Origin: Escherichia virus TH41
Sequence record: MT446412.1
Strand: one strand, 5' to 3'
Length of the DNA stretch: 64,000 nt
This document shows positions 27,862-36,953 of this stretch, piece after piece. Within the stretch, counting starts at the first letter, position 1, and every line of letters starts with the position of its first letter. Below the pieces are notes generated by a model. It was not told where the DNA came from. It ran no database searches and worked only from the letters and a program-made list of their open reading frames with translations. Both the position numbers and the translations under genes were made by a program.

Positions 27862-28059
27862 CTATATAAGGCCGATTAATGCCAGTGAAACATCTACAAC
27901 TGATTCGAGCGCGACGACTGGTAATATAACACCATGTGCCAATGCAATAGGGGCAACAATGAAATTCCAGAGTAGAACTAAACAGAGTACCGAAAGGACC
28001 AGAATCGTTCGCTTACGACTGCCTTTGATGGCTTGAATTAGACTAGATAGTTTTAGCAT
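27862..28059 (-). CDS. Small membrane protein (65 aa), paralog of 27653..27853
   Basis: Strong SD AAAGGAGG 4 nt before ATG; ATAAATA late-promoter-like motif upstream. Confidence 0.55.
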   Translation of the reverse strand: MLKLSSLIQAIKGSRKRTILVLSVLCLVLLWNFIVAPIALAHGVILPVVALESVVDVSLALIGLI

Positions 28060-28075
28060 ACATCCTCCTTTCTTG

Positions 28076-28082
28076 TATTTAT
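28076..28082 (-). promoter_or_regulatory. Late-promoter-like motif (cATAAATA, 7/8 of TATAAATA) upstream of the minus-strand pair
   Basis: Read on minus strand about 17 nt upstream of ATG 28059. Confidence 0.3.
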
Positions 28083-28143
28083 GCTTTAAACCAATACGAT
28101 ATAATTAACATACAAACAACATGAATTGATAAGGAAAAATATA

Positions 28144-28662
28144 ATGGCACATTTTAACGAATGTTCTCAACTGATTGCTGGTGTTGATAAAGCTCAAGGC
28201 GCTTATGATAATGCAATTTTTGAAGGCACTGACCCACTGCAAATTATGCTTGATATGCAGAAATCGTTGCAGGTTCGTCTGGCTAAAGAAAAACCAGAAT
28301 ATAACGAACATCCTGATAACCTGGCGACTGCTGGTGAAGTTGTTACCTGGCTCCGCAACCAGAAAGATTATATTGATGATGAATTCCGTGAACTGATTAC
28401 TGCATTAGGTGGCATGTCCAATGGCGAGAAAGCTGCCTCGGCCGTATGGAAGCCTTGGAAAGCACAACATGGCGAAATGCAGCAAACCCTAATTAATGAT
28501 TTATCTCCTGAAGACCAGCTCGAAATTAAATTTGAGATGATTGATATCCTGCACTTTGTTCTGAATATGTTCCATGGCCTTGGACTGACTGCAGAAGAAA
28601 TCTTTAAATTGTATTACCTGAAAAATGCTGAGAACTTTGCTCGTCAAGACCGAGGTTATTAA
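28144..28662 (+). CDS. 56: dCTP pyrophosphatase gp56 (MazG-like dCTPase/dUTPase)
   Basis: MAHFNEC N-terminus and EIFKLYYLKNAENFARQDRGY C-terminus match remembered T4 gp56. Confidence 0.85.
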   Translation: MAHFNECSQLIAGVDKAQGAYDNAIFEGTDPLQIMLDMQKSLQVRLAKEKPEYNEHPDNLATAGEVVTWLRNQKDYIDDEFRELITALGGMSNGEKAASAVWKPWKAQHGEMQQTLINDLSPEDQLEIKFEMIDILHFVLNMFHGLGLTAEEIFKLYYLKNAENFARQDRGY

Positions 28663-28943
28663 TGGCTCGTTTAAATAAACGTCAGCTTAAGAAAGCTCGC
28701 AAGAAATATATTAACGATATAATTGAAAATGTTAATACCGAAATCTTCGTAGAACTCTTATCTAATCAACTAAAACATTTATCTAAACATGAAATTGATA
28801 TGAATACTGAAAATGCTAAAAATGTAATTGAAACTCATAATGCTTTTGCTAATGCAACAGCAGAATGGATGGCGAATCCTACTGCTGAAAATCTAGCTAA
28901 AATGACTGAAGCCAATAAAGCAGTTCAAGCCATCAAATTGTAA
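28662..28943 (+). CDS. Hypothetical protein (93 aa)
   Basis: ORF track; TAATG overlap with gene 56. Confidence 0.5.
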   Translation: MARLNKRQLKKARKKYINDIIENVNTEIFVELLSNQLKHLSKHEIDMNTENAKNVIETHNAFANATAEWMANPTAENLAKMTEANKAVQAIKL

Positions 28944-28945
28944 GT

Positions 28946-28953
28946 TATAAATA
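28946..28953 (+). promoter_or_regulatory. Late promoter TATAAATA upstream of soc
   Basis: Exact TATAAATA 31 nt before soc ATG. Confidence 0.6.
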
Positions 28954-28984
28954 CACCTGTAATTAAACAACAAAGGAGTTAATT

Positions 28985-29218
28985 ATGGGTGGTTTCGTTA
29001 ATATCAAAACCTTTACGCATCCAGCTGGTGAAGGTAAAGAAGTTAAAGGTGTTGAAGTATCTGTTCCGTTTGAAATCTATTCAAATGAGCACCGTATTGC
29101 CAATGCTCATTATCAGACTTTTCCTTCCGAAAAGGCCGCTTATGTCACCGTAGCGTCTAGTGCAGCTGATTGGCGAACTAAGAACGCGGCGATGTTTACG
29201 CCTACCCCAGTAGTTTAA
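28985..29218 (+). CDS. soc: Small outer capsid protein Soc
   Basis: 77 aa; VNIKTF and AHYQTFPSEKAAY blocks match remembered T4 Soc. Confidence 0.8.
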   Translation: MGGFVNIKTFTHPAGEGKEVKGVEVSVPFEIYSNEHRIANAHYQTFPSEKAAYVTVASSAADWRTKNAAMFTPTPVV

Positions 29219-29223
29219 TTATA

Positions 29224-29246
29224 GGGAACCTTCGGGTTCCCTTTTT
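29224..29246 (+). terminator. Rho-independent terminator (GGGAACC-TTCG-GGTTCCC + T5)
   Basis: 7-bp stem, UUCG loop, T-run, directly after soc. Confidence 0.75.
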
Positions 29247-29294
29247 GCTTTTAATAGAAGCGGTATAATTATTTCAATTACAGAGGAGAATACT

Positions 29295-29492
29295 ATGTTA
29301 AACCGTTGGATTAAACCAAATAAAACTTTAGATGAAGTTATTGCCCATGATGTCCATTTTAAGTATGGTCTGGGTGTGTTTGATGAGGTTGTCGTACATT
29401 CATTCATGATGCACGATGATGATTCTTTAGAATTCAATATTGAAATCCGTTGTGATGATGGTAAAGTTGAATTTAAACGAGGTTTTCTATGA
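29295..29492 (+). CDS. Hypothetical protein (65 aa)
   Basis: ATG preceded by GAGGAG; TATAAT at 29264-29269. Confidence 0.5.
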   Translation: MLNRWIKPNKTLDEVIAHDVHFKYGLGVFDEVVVHSFMMHDDDSLEFNIEIRCDDGKVEFKRGFL

Positions 29493-29830
29493 TTAGTTGG
29501 CTCAAGAATTTATTCAAGACCAAACCGAATGAAGGTGTGGTTCCCGTTAGCCTACCGGATGTTAAGCTAAGAGAATATGTTTACATGGGCGATGGCATGA
29601 TGGAAGAAGTGGTCAAATCAAAATCAAAAGACCTATATTCTACAATGTCAGAAGAAGACTTACAAAAACGTTTAACTCGACTGCAAGAACAAAGAGCTCA
29701 AGCCCAAAGCAGTATCGATACTACTTCGATTGTGGTTACCGCTGCTGCAGTTAGTTCGTGGACTGGTGATTCGTCTTATTCCTCCTATGATTCAGGAAGC
29801 TGCGATTCGTCTTCCAGCTCGTGTGATTAA
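29489..29830 (+). CDS. Hypothetical protein (113 aa), Ser/Cys-rich C-terminus
   Basis: ORF track; ATGA overlap. Confidence 0.5.
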   Translation: MISWLKNLFKTKPNEGVVPVSLPDVKLREYVYMGDGMMEEVVKSKSKDLYSTMSEEDLQKRLTRLQEQRAQAQSSIDTTSIVVTAAAVSSWTGDSSYSSYDSGSCDSSSSSCD

Positions 29831-30025
29831 ATGAGAATTACAAGTTGGCTTAAAGATTGGTTGGTTACTCCAGGGATTGATGATTCCTGGGTGGCCAGAG
29901 CCGAGGAAGAAATGCAGCGCGAAGCTGAAGAATGGGCTGCTACAGGGCTTAAAGCTATGCAGGAAAAGAAGACCGAACGAGCTGCGCTTAAACTGATGCG
30001 TGATATCTACGGAGATAAATCATGA
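29831..30025 (+). CDS. Hypothetical protein (64 aa)
   Basis: ORF track. Confidence 0.45.
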   Translation: MRITSWLKDWLVTPGIDDSWVARAEEEMQREAEEWAATGLKAMQEKKTERAALKLMRDIYGDKS

Positions 30026-30171
30026 CACAAGAAGAAGCTGAACGCCGGGCAAAAGAAGCACTGGATTTGCTTTTGAAAATTGGCAGTAAAATGATGGAAG
30101 AAAATGAAAAGTACATCAAGGAAAATAAAGTTCCTGATGGTCCATTAGTTGGTAAGAGGAAAACATTATGA
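30022..30171 (+). CDS. Hypothetical protein (49 aa)
   Basis: ATGA overlaps on both sides; under track cutoff. Confidence 0.35.
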   Translation: MTQEEAERRAKEALDLLLKIGSKMMEENEKYIKENKVPDGPLVGKRKTL

Positions 30172-30656
30172 AAGTATATGAATTAGAATTCTATGTCCGT
30201 GATTCTGCTGGGCAAACACGACCTTACGATGCAACAGCCTGTCTTATCTTTGCATATAATGGCATGGATTCGGTTACTGAGTTGGAAACAAAATTAATGA
30301 ACCTGACGATGCCAGAAAACGTTATGCTGAAGGTATTTCATAGAAAAAACGTTAATGTGGCTGAAGGGTGTCCGTTTACTGTTTCCGAAGCTCTGCATAT
30401 CAAAGGCTATCGTCACCCGGACCCATATGCAGAAGGTACTGCGGATATTTTCTATAAAGATAGAGATAAAATGGCCACTGAACGTCTCCAAGGTCGCACA
30501 TATCTGATTTCCACTACCGACGACCTTGCTGAAGTTGAACGTCAGATTTGGAAGCACTTTGATATCGGCTTGCGCTTTACTTTAACAGAAGAAGCTATTC
30601 AAGATACTAAAATGCGTGCTCGTATGTATGGTTACGGTCCTATCGGTGGCTACTAA
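30168..30656 (+). CDS. Hypothetical protein (162 aa); size and position correspond to T4 mrh
   Basis: ORF track; synteny only. Confidence 0.55.
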   Translation: MKVYELEFYVRDSAGQTRPYDATACLIFAYNGMDSVTELETKLMNLTMPENVMLKVFHRKNVNVAEGCPFTVSEALHIKGYRHPDPYAEGTADIFYKDRDKMATERLQGRTYLISTTDDLAEVERQIWKHFDIGLRFTLTEEAIQDTKMRARMYGYGPIGGY

Positions 30657-30835
30657 TGGATTTATTTGAACTTTTTGAAGAGCCTAAAGCTCCTACGGAA
30701 GCCCGTGTGGACCTAGTTGACGAACTTGATGCGATTATACAGAAGCATGGTTTTAGTCTCCCAATGGAAGTTCTACGCGACCTGGCCTCATATTACGACG
30801 ACCCACCTCCATGGGCACCATGGGTGAAACGATGA
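30656..30835 (+). CDS. Hypothetical protein (59 aa)
   Basis: TAATG overlap upstream, ATGA overlap downstream. Confidence 0.4.
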   Translation: MDLFELFEEPKAPTEARVDLVDELDAIIQKHGFSLPMEVLRDLASYYDDPPPWAPWVKR

Positions 30836-31065
30836 ACTGGTTAACAAATATCCCCACATCGGCGCTGGATATCGACCGTAAACACGCTCATAAGGAAATT
30901 GAGCAACAAAAAATTAATCGCTTACAAAGGATTAAGACTGAATCCAAGACAATTAAAGCCGAACGCCCGACAGAATCGAAAAGTTCTTACTCATCATATC
31001 AATCTCCGATTGGCATGGCCGCAGACATTGCAGTCTTTGGCGTCCCACTTGGAGTATTTAAGTAG
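30832..31065 (+). CDS. Hypothetical protein (77 aa)
   Basis: ATG within track ORF 30811..31065. Confidence 0.45.
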   Translation: MNWLTNIPTSALDIDRKHAHKEIEQQKINRLQRIKTESKTIKAERPTESKSSYSSYQSPIGMAADIAVFGVPLGVFK

Positions 31066-31121
31066 TTTACTTACTCCCCTCCTAATGACATAATGGTCTT
31101 TCTTACAACAGAGAGGCCATT

Positions 31122-31682
31122 ATGAACATCATCAAATCTGATACCGAACCCAACCAGTTAAAATTTAATGAAATGGAGATAGCTTCATTATTTGAATGCC
31201 GCGCATCAAAGGTTGATAAGACCTTACATTCAAACATCAACTCAATCATCAAGTCAAGGTTGTCTATACCTGATACAGTCTTGTATCGTGGGGTAACCCA
31301 GCAAGAGATTGATTTGTTAGATGAAGCAAAAGAATCAATGCAACCTTTTGAATTTGGAAGGATAACCTCCTTTACAGAAGACTATGGTATTGCCAGGGAT
31401 TTTGCTGCAATGGAATATGTGTCAAGGACTATCATCAGATTGAATCATACAAAAGCTTTTTGTTATCATGATGCGATGCGCAAAATCGCGCTTGACGTTC
31501 CACTGGAATTCTTCAATACAGCCTCTGGTTCCGAACAGGCAGCAACGTTAAGGCGTGAAGAATACATGGACATGATTGATTCTGAGCTTGAATGGTTTGT
31601 TCCAGTTGACCAGAAATTCGTGATAGTTGATGCTGGATTTGTTGATGATTATTATGTTCTTGACTGTGTACAAGAGCAATAA
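31122..31682 (+). CDS. modA: ADP-ribosyltransferase, ModA-like
   Basis: 186 aa; R-S-E triad candidates LYRG, ITSFTED, ELEWFVP; adjacent paralog; syntenic with T4 modA/modB. Confidence 0.6.
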   Translation: MNIIKSDTEPNQLKFNEMEIASLFECRASKVDKTLHSNINSIIKSRLSIPDTVLYRGVTQQEIDLLDEAKESMQPFEFGRITSFTEDYGIARDFAAMEYVSRTIIRLNHTKAFCYHDAMRKIALDVPLEFFNTASGSEQAATLRREEYMDMIDSELEWFVPVDQKFVIVDAGFVDDYYVLDCVQEQ

Positions 31683-31695
31683 GACACGTTAAGAT
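31666..31695 (+). promoter_or_regulatory. Early promoter GTGTAC-N18-TAAGAT inside 3' end of modA-like gene
   Basis: Followed by leader TCCTATCAACTACTGATGAGGATAATAAA and ATG 31727. Confidence 0.5.
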
Positions 31696-31726
31696 GTTCC
31701 TATCAACTACTGATGAGGATAATAAA

Positions 31727-32341
31727 ATGCTGTACACTGATGACGTTTTGAATGGAATTATTGACATTGCCGCTTCTAGTGAGTCTTTTCGTAACCAATG
31801 TCAAGCGGAGATTGATGCTCTTTATACAGATAATGAACAATCAGTACTCTGGCAGTGTATGGAAAATAAACCCGACCTGATTCAAGAAGACTTAACCAGG
31901 ATTATCCGCAACAATCTGAATACTGCACCACCTGCGGCATTGTTCCGTGGTATATCAAAGAAAACTATGGAATACCTGGAAGATTTCAGATATGTTGGTG
32001 CAACGATTGAGTTCAATCGTGTGATGAGTTTTTCCAGGGACTGGCAGGTTGCAAGAAATTTCGCATCATACAGTTTCTATGGCACAAGGAATATTTTCTG
32101 CATAAACAATGCACCATATGCGTATAACTATCAGGAAGCAATCTTTAAAATGATTTGTGGCGCTCCTCCTGAAGAGTTCAATGGTGCATATCCAGAAGCA
32201 ACCAGGAAGTCAAACTTACACCTGGTTAATGATGAGGATGAGTTTATGTTTCCCGCTGGGACTACGCTTCGCGTAGACTTGATTGAGACACACCCATTGA
32301 ATAACCTTTATACTGTTTGGCATTTGACTGTTTTGAACTAA
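31727..32341 (+). CDS. modB: ADP-ribosyltransferase, ModB-like
   Basis: 204 aa; LFRG, MSFSRD, EDEFMFP motifs; ATG follows conserved leader (track start 31694 is upstream). Confidence 0.6.
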   Translation: MLYTDDVLNGIIDIAASSESFRNQCQAEIDALYTDNEQSVLWQCMENKPDLIQEDLTRIIRNNLNTAPPAALFRGISKKTMEYLEDFRYVGATIEFNRVMSFSRDWQVARNFASYSFYGTRNIFCINNAPYAYNYQEAIFKMICGAPPEEFNGAYPEATRKSNLHLVNDEDEFMFPAGTTLRVDLIETHPLNNLYTVWHLTVLN

Positions 32342-32400
32342 CTAAAGACCTTAGAACCATTATACACAGTAAAAATAAAAGCGTTAAAGGCGAAAAAGTA

Positions 32401-32429
32401 GTGTACACACCCAATGGATGGTGTATAAT
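32401..32429 (+). promoter_or_regulatory. Early promoter GTGTAC-N17-TATAAT
   Basis: Preceded by AAAAGTA; followed by GAATCCATACTGAGTT block; ATG 32477. Confidence 0.6.
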
Positions 32430-32476
32430 GAATCCATACTGAGTTGCCAAATCGTCCGTAAGATGAGAAAAATATC

Positions 32477-33223
32477 ATGACTTTATCAAAAACCAAAACG
32501 TTGAAAGTTAAACGTCGTCTGGAACACACTCAAGCTTCCGCTAAACGCCGCGGTAAAGACTTTAACCTGGATTTTGATTATCTGGTTAATATTCTTGACC
32601 AAAAAGTTTGTGCTTATTCTGGTGAGACATTTAATAACTCTATTGAAGGTGAGAAGTTATCATTAGAGCGTTTTAACAATGATATTGGTTATATCAAGGG
32701 TAATGTTATTCCTGTTAAAAAGAAATACAATACCATGCGTTCTGATTGGTCCTTGGATGAGCTTAAACAACGTCGCGATGATGTTGCTGTAAAAATTGCT
32801 CGCCCCTCTGCCAAGAAGATTGAAAAGTTAAATCTGACTTCAGAGAAATGGGAACAGATTAAAAAGTCATATACTCATATCAAGAACATCCAGCACAAAC
32901 GTGATAATCGCGTTAAGCATTATGCTCAAATGAGTAAATCAGAGCAGTCCAAAGAAAACCAATTAAAAATGGTTGCTCTGAAGGCTCGCATTGATGGTTC
33001 CCGTGTTGCGGAAGGACATGAGCTTACTAAATTGAATGTCCTGCTCAAAGGTAATGACTGGAAAGTTACCAAGAAATTAACTGATGCTGAAACGCTTTTT
33101 GATTGCTATGATAAAATCATTCAAGGTCTTGAGCGTTTTGAGAAGATTGGTTTTATTGGTAAATTAAAACTGAAACGTGGTCTGCCTTTGAACGCGTCAA
33201 TTTTTAAACTGATTAGAGGTTAA
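32477..33223 (+). CDS. Hypothetical basic protein (248 aa); position corresponds to T4 srd
   Basis: ORF track; synteny only. Confidence 0.55.
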   Translation: MTLSKTKTLKVKRRLEHTQASAKRRGKDFNLDFDYLVNILDQKVCAYSGETFNNSIEGEKLSLERFNNDIGYIKGNVIPVKKKYNTMRSDWSLDELKQRRDDVAVKIARPSAKKIEKLNLTSEKWEQIKKSYTHIKNIQHKRDNRVKHYAQMSKSEQSKENQLKMVALKARIDGSRVAEGHELTKLNVLLKGNDWKVTKKLTDAETLFDCYDKIIQGLERFEKIGFIGKLKLKRGLPLNASIFKLIRG

Positions 33224-33227
33224 TGTG

Positions 33228-33524
33228 ATGTACTACGCATATGTGCTGGTTCACAAAGATAAAGATGGTTTTGAACGCCCATTGGAGTATGATGGAAAGG
33301 TTACCTTATACACCACAAAACCGGGCGCAGAGTATGAACTTGCCAACTATTTATATACTACAAACCGCTATTTACGCATGGGACGTATTGAAACACGGTA
33401 TACTCCCAGAAAATGGTGGTTTGATAAGCGGGAAACAAAAACTGTTTTTCCTACTGAAGAACACGCACGAGAATTGAAATTAGTTTTAGATACTTTATAT
33501 GTTAAGCGAGTAAAATTGGCATGA
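33228..33524 (+). CDS. Hypothetical protein (98 aa)
   Basis: ATG preceded by GAGG; track start 33225 is GTG. Confidence 0.45.
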   Translation: MYYAYVLVHKDKDGFERPLEYDGKVTLYTTKPGAEYELANYLYTTNRYLRMGRIETRYTPRKWWFDKRETKTVFPTEEHARELKLVLDTLYVKRVKLA

Positions 33525-34849
33525 TTAAATTTGAAGACTTGAACACAGGACAAAAAGAAGCTTTTGATTATATCACTGAAGCTATTCAGCGACGTTCAGG
33601 GGAATGTATCACTCTGAATGGTCCAGCTGGTACAGGTAAGACCACTCTGACAAAATTTGTCATTGACCATCTAGTGCGTAATGGAGTTATGGGAATTGTG
33701 CTTGCTGCGCCAACTCACCAGGCGAAAAAAGTTTTATCTAAATTGTCTGGTCAAACCGCGAATACAATCCATAGTATCCTGAAGATTAACCCGACCACAT
33801 ATGAAGACCAAAACGTTTTTGAACAACGCGAAATGCCTGACATGTCAAAATGCAATGTTCTGGTTTGTGATGAAGCAAGTATGTATGACGGGTCTCTGTT
33901 TAAGATTATTCTTAACTCTGTTCCTGAATGGTGTACTATTCTTGGGATTGGTGATATGCACCAGCTGCAGCCAGTTGACCCAGGAAGCACACAACAAAAG
34001 ATAAGCCCATTCTTTACGCATCCTAAGTTCAAACAGATTCATCTGACTGAGGTCATGCGAAGCAATGCTCCTATCATTGAAGTGGCGACAGAAATTCGTA
34101 ATGGTGGTTGGTTCCGTGACTGTATGTATGATGGTCATGGTGTACAGGGTTTCACCTCACAAACCGCTTTAAAGGATTTCATGATAAACTATTTCAGTAT
34201 TGTAAAAGATGCTGATATGTTGATGGAAAACAGGATGTATGCGTACACGAATAAATCAGTTGAAAAACTGAACAATATTATTCGTCGCAAGCTCTATGAA
34301 ACGGATAAAGCATTTTTACCGTATGAAGTCCTGGTTATGCAAGAGCCACACATGAAAGAGCTGGAATTTGAAGGCAAGAAATTCAGCGAAACCATTTTTA
34401 ATAATGGTCAGTTGGTTCGCATCAAGGATTGCAAATACACTTCCACCATTCTCCGTTGTAAAGGCGAATCGCACCAGTTAGTGATTAATTACTGGGACCT
34501 GGAAGTTGAGTCAATTGATGAAGATGAAGAATATCAGGTTGACCGCATTAAAGTTTTACCAGAAGACCAGCAACCAAAATTCCAGGCATATCTGGCTAAA
34601 GTTGCTGACACATACAAACAGATGAAAGCCGCTGGTAAACGTCCGGAGTGGAAAGACTTCTGGAAAGCTCGCCGGACCTTCTTGAAAGTTCGTGCTCTTC
34701 CGGTCAGTACAATTCACAAGGCCCAGGGCGTTTCAGTGGACAAAGCATTCATCTATACTCCATGCATCCATATGGCCGAAGCTTCATTAGCGAGCCAGTT
34801 GGCTTATGTAGGAATCACACGAGCGAGGTACGACGCATATTATGTATAA
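33521..34849 (+). CDS. dda: DNA helicase Dda (SF1)
   Basis: 442 aa; Walker A GPAGTGKTT, blocks AAPTHQAKK, LKINP, FHKAQG, YVGITRAR match T4 Dda. Confidence 0.93.
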   Translation: MIKFEDLNTGQKEAFDYITEAIQRRSGECITLNGPAGTGKTTLTKFVIDHLVRNGVMGIVLAAPTHQAKKVLSKLSGQTANTIHSILKINPTTYEDQNVFEQREMPDMSKCNVLVCDEASMYDGSLFKIILNSVPEWCTILGIGDMHQLQPVDPGSTQQKISPFFTHPKFKQIHLTEVMRSNAPIIEVATEIRNGGWFRDCMYDGHGVQGFTSQTALKDFMINYFSIVKDADMLMENRMYAYTNKSVEKLNNIIRRKLYETDKAFLPYEVLVMQEPHMKELEFEGKKFSETIFNNGQLVRIKDCKYTSTILRCKGESHQLVINYWDLEVESIDEDEEYQVDRIKVLPEDQQPKFQAYLAKVADTYKQMKAAGKRPEWKDFWKARRTFLKVRALPVSTIHKAQGVSVDKAFIYTPCIHMAEASLASQLAYVGITRARYDAYYV

Positions 34850-35087
34850 AGTACATAAAGAAGATTTAGATACTCTTATCTATGGTATTCAGGACGCGGT
34901 TGAATTTTTCGAAGATAATCCGACTATCGTCGTGCAGGGTAATTACGTTTTACTGGAACTGAATCTTATTCGGAAACGTATGGCCGCGATTGAATATTTT
35001 AACAATGAAGAGCCAGGGATTTTTATCTCCGACTATGTTGCTGGTGAAATTCAGAAATTAAAAGAGATGTGCGATGGTTGCTGGTGA
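34842..35087 (+). CDS. Hypothetical protein (81 aa); 3' end lies in 40-bp tandem duplication
   Basis: ORF track. Confidence 0.45.
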   Translation: MYKVHKEDLDTLIYGIQDAVEFFEDNPTIVVQGNYVLLELNLIRKRMAAIEYFNNEEPGIFISDYVAGEIQKLKEMCDGCW

Positions 35088-35116
35088 AATTCAAAAATTA
35101 AAAGAGATGTGCGATG
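35037..35116 (+). repeat. Tandem duplication, 2 x 40 bp (one mismatch) spanning the dexA start
   Basis: Units 35037-35076 and 35077-35116; unit 2 ends with the dexA ATG. Confidence 0.9.
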
Positions 35117-35797
35117 ATTGATGCTATTATTGACTTTGAAACTCTGGGAAACGGCTCGAAGGGAGCCGTTATTGACCTGGCTCTGATTACATTCGAATCT
35201 GACCCTGCTATTGTGGAATCATTCGAAACCCTGGTTAATCGCGGCAAACGTATCAAGTTTAGCCTTGAATACCAAAAAGGTAAGCGTCTGTTCGATACAA
35301 CAACCATGAGTTGGTGGAAAAAGCAATCAGCAGAAGCCCGTGTTAACTTGGCTCCTTCTGCGCAAGATGTTGATACTCTGACCGGTATCCAACAGGCAAT
35401 TGATTATCTGAATGGTAATGGAATTAACAAATACGAAAGCCTTATGTGGTGTCGTGGAATGTCTTTTGACTTCCCGTTGTTTGTTGACCTTATCCGTGAC
35501 CTACAGCGCAATGAGGGTATTCCCGAGCGTGAATTGAATACATATGGCCTGGAGCCGGTTGTATTCTGGAACCAGCGAGATATCAGGACAGCAATCGAAG
35601 CCCTATCACTCGTCCGTAAGATGTGTGAAACTCCATTACCAAAGGGGGCTTTAGATGGATTTGTGGCGCATGATTCGGTGCATGACTGCGCGAAAGATAT
35701 TTTGATGCTTAAGTATGCCCAGCGCTATGCTCTTGGTTTGGATGAAGTTCCTTCCGAAGAAGATGCAGACCCGTTATCTTTACCGAAAAAACGATAA
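35114..35797 (+). CDS. dexA: Exonuclease A (DexA, DEDD 3'-5' exonuclease)
   Basis: 227 aa (same as T4 DexA); N-terminal IDFETLG motif. Confidence 0.85.
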   Translation: MIDAIIDFETLGNGSKGAVIDLALITFESDPAIVESFETLVNRGKRIKFSLEYQKGKRLFDTTTMSWWKKQSAEARVNLAPSAQDVDTLTGIQQAIDYLNGNGINKYESLMWCRGMSFDFPLFVDLIRDLQRNEGIPERELNTYGLEPVVFWNQRDIRTAIEALSLVRKMCETPLPKGALDGFVAHDSVHDCAKDILMLKYAQRYALGLDEVPSEEDADPLSLPKKR

Positions 35798-35803
35798 AAA
35801 GTA

Positions 35804-35833
35804 GTGTACAAGGCCAATGGAAAGAGACATAAT
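35804..35833 (+). promoter_or_regulatory. Early promoter GTGTAC-N18-CATAAT
   Basis: Preceded by AAAAAGTA; leader CATCTCATCAACTACTGATGAGGATAACAAA; ATG 35865. Confidence 0.6.
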
Positions 35834-35864
35834 CATCTCATCAACTACTGATGAGGATAACAAA

Positions 35865-36122
35865 ATGATTACTTCTTTTGAAATTGGCCAACAATATGAA
35901 ATGTCTGCTTTTCAAGCTGCTGAAGCAGGTCTGACTGAAGCGTTTGAATGTGCATTTACAAATATTCGTGGTAAAATCTTTACTGTCAATAAAATTGCGG
36001 TATATGATAAAGAAACAGACATGAACAAAGGCATCTACTTGAACGTGTCAAACGCAAAAGGCCGTCGTGAAATTATGGTTGTACAACCTAACCAACTGGC
36101 GATGTTCAATAAGGTTACATAA
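35865..36122 (+). CDS. Hypothetical protein (85 aa)
   Basis: ATG after conserved leader; in frame with track ORF 35817..36122. Confidence 0.5.
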   Translation: MITSFEIGQQYEMSAFQAAEAGLTEAFECAFTNIRGKIFTVNKIAVYDKETDMNKGIYLNVSNAKGRREIMVVQPNQLAMFNKVT

Positions 36123-36877
36123 TGAAACCAGAATTTATTGACTTTGATGTTGTAAGCATGTATGTTCGCCCAATTAAACCATTAAAACTTGAGAAACAAA
36201 ATATGACTATTGAAATTAACAAAACTTATCAACTGATTGAACCTATTATTCAAAACGCAGCTATGGTTTCTGGGTATAATACTCTGACTGATGCTTTAGG
36301 CGAAGGTGAATTTATTGTTGAAACTTTTGTAAAAAGTAACTGGTTTGATAAAGCATATATTTTGCATGCACGTCGCCTTGATACAAATGAAGTAGAAAAA
36401 ATTATGGTTTATGAAGCTGAGATTGAACTCTTCAAAGAAGTTGAAGAAACTCCCATCAAAGTTGGTAAAACCTATCAGCTTATTGAAGATGCCAGTCAGT
36501 TTGGAAAGACTGTTGCAATGCATGCCGGGTGGCGGGTACTGAAAGGTATTTTTGGATTTGCTCCATTTACCGTTAAAACAGTTAAGTACCACAATCACCA
36601 AAGCATCTTTGAATTTACTGCGGTCAATGAATCAGGTGACAATCTTGAAGCTATCCTTTATCCGCGTGAATCTGTACTGCTGGAAGAAGTTAGCGAGCTT
36701 GGCGACCCTATTGACTTGCTATGTAAACCAGTTCAAATCAAACGCCCATTTAACAGTTCCATTTGTGGTTGGGTAACAGACCAGTGGATTGAAGATGGTG
36801 TTGAACTCCTGAACGTTGTTCATTGTGGTAGTTTTACTGTTGTACCACGTTCCATGGTTGTTGAAATTTTTAATTAA
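36122..36877 (+). CDS. Hypothetical protein (251 aa), C-terminal domain paralogous to next ORF
   Basis: C-terminus GWVTDQWIEDGVELLNVVHCGSFTVVPRSMVVE vs GYITDQWVEEGVKLYNIVFLGTFKVVPESFIVE. Confidence 0.55.
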   Translation: MKPEFIDFDVVSMYVRPIKPLKLEKQNMTIEINKTYQLIEPIIQNAAMVSGYNTLTDALGEGEFIVETFVKSNWFDKAYILHARRLDTNEVEKIMVYEAEIELFKEVEETPIKVGKTYQLIEDASQFGKTVAMHAGWRVLKGIFGFAPFTVKTVKYHNHQSIFEFTAVNESGDNLEAILYPRESVLLEEVSELGDPIDLLCKPVQIKRPFNSSICGWVTDQWIEDGVELLNVVHCGSFTVVPRSMVVEIFN

Positions 36878-36881
36878 ATTT

Positions 36882-36911
36882 GTGTACAAACTCGTGGGGC
36901 CAGAGTATAAT
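36882..36911 (+). promoter_or_regulatory. Early promoter GTGTAC-N18-TATAAT with -10 inside inverted repeat GTGGGGCC/GGTCCCAC
   Basis: Read directly; ATG 36954. Confidence 0.6.
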
Positions 36912-36953
36912 GGTCCCACTGGAGAATAAACTTATTAATCAAGAGAGAAAATT

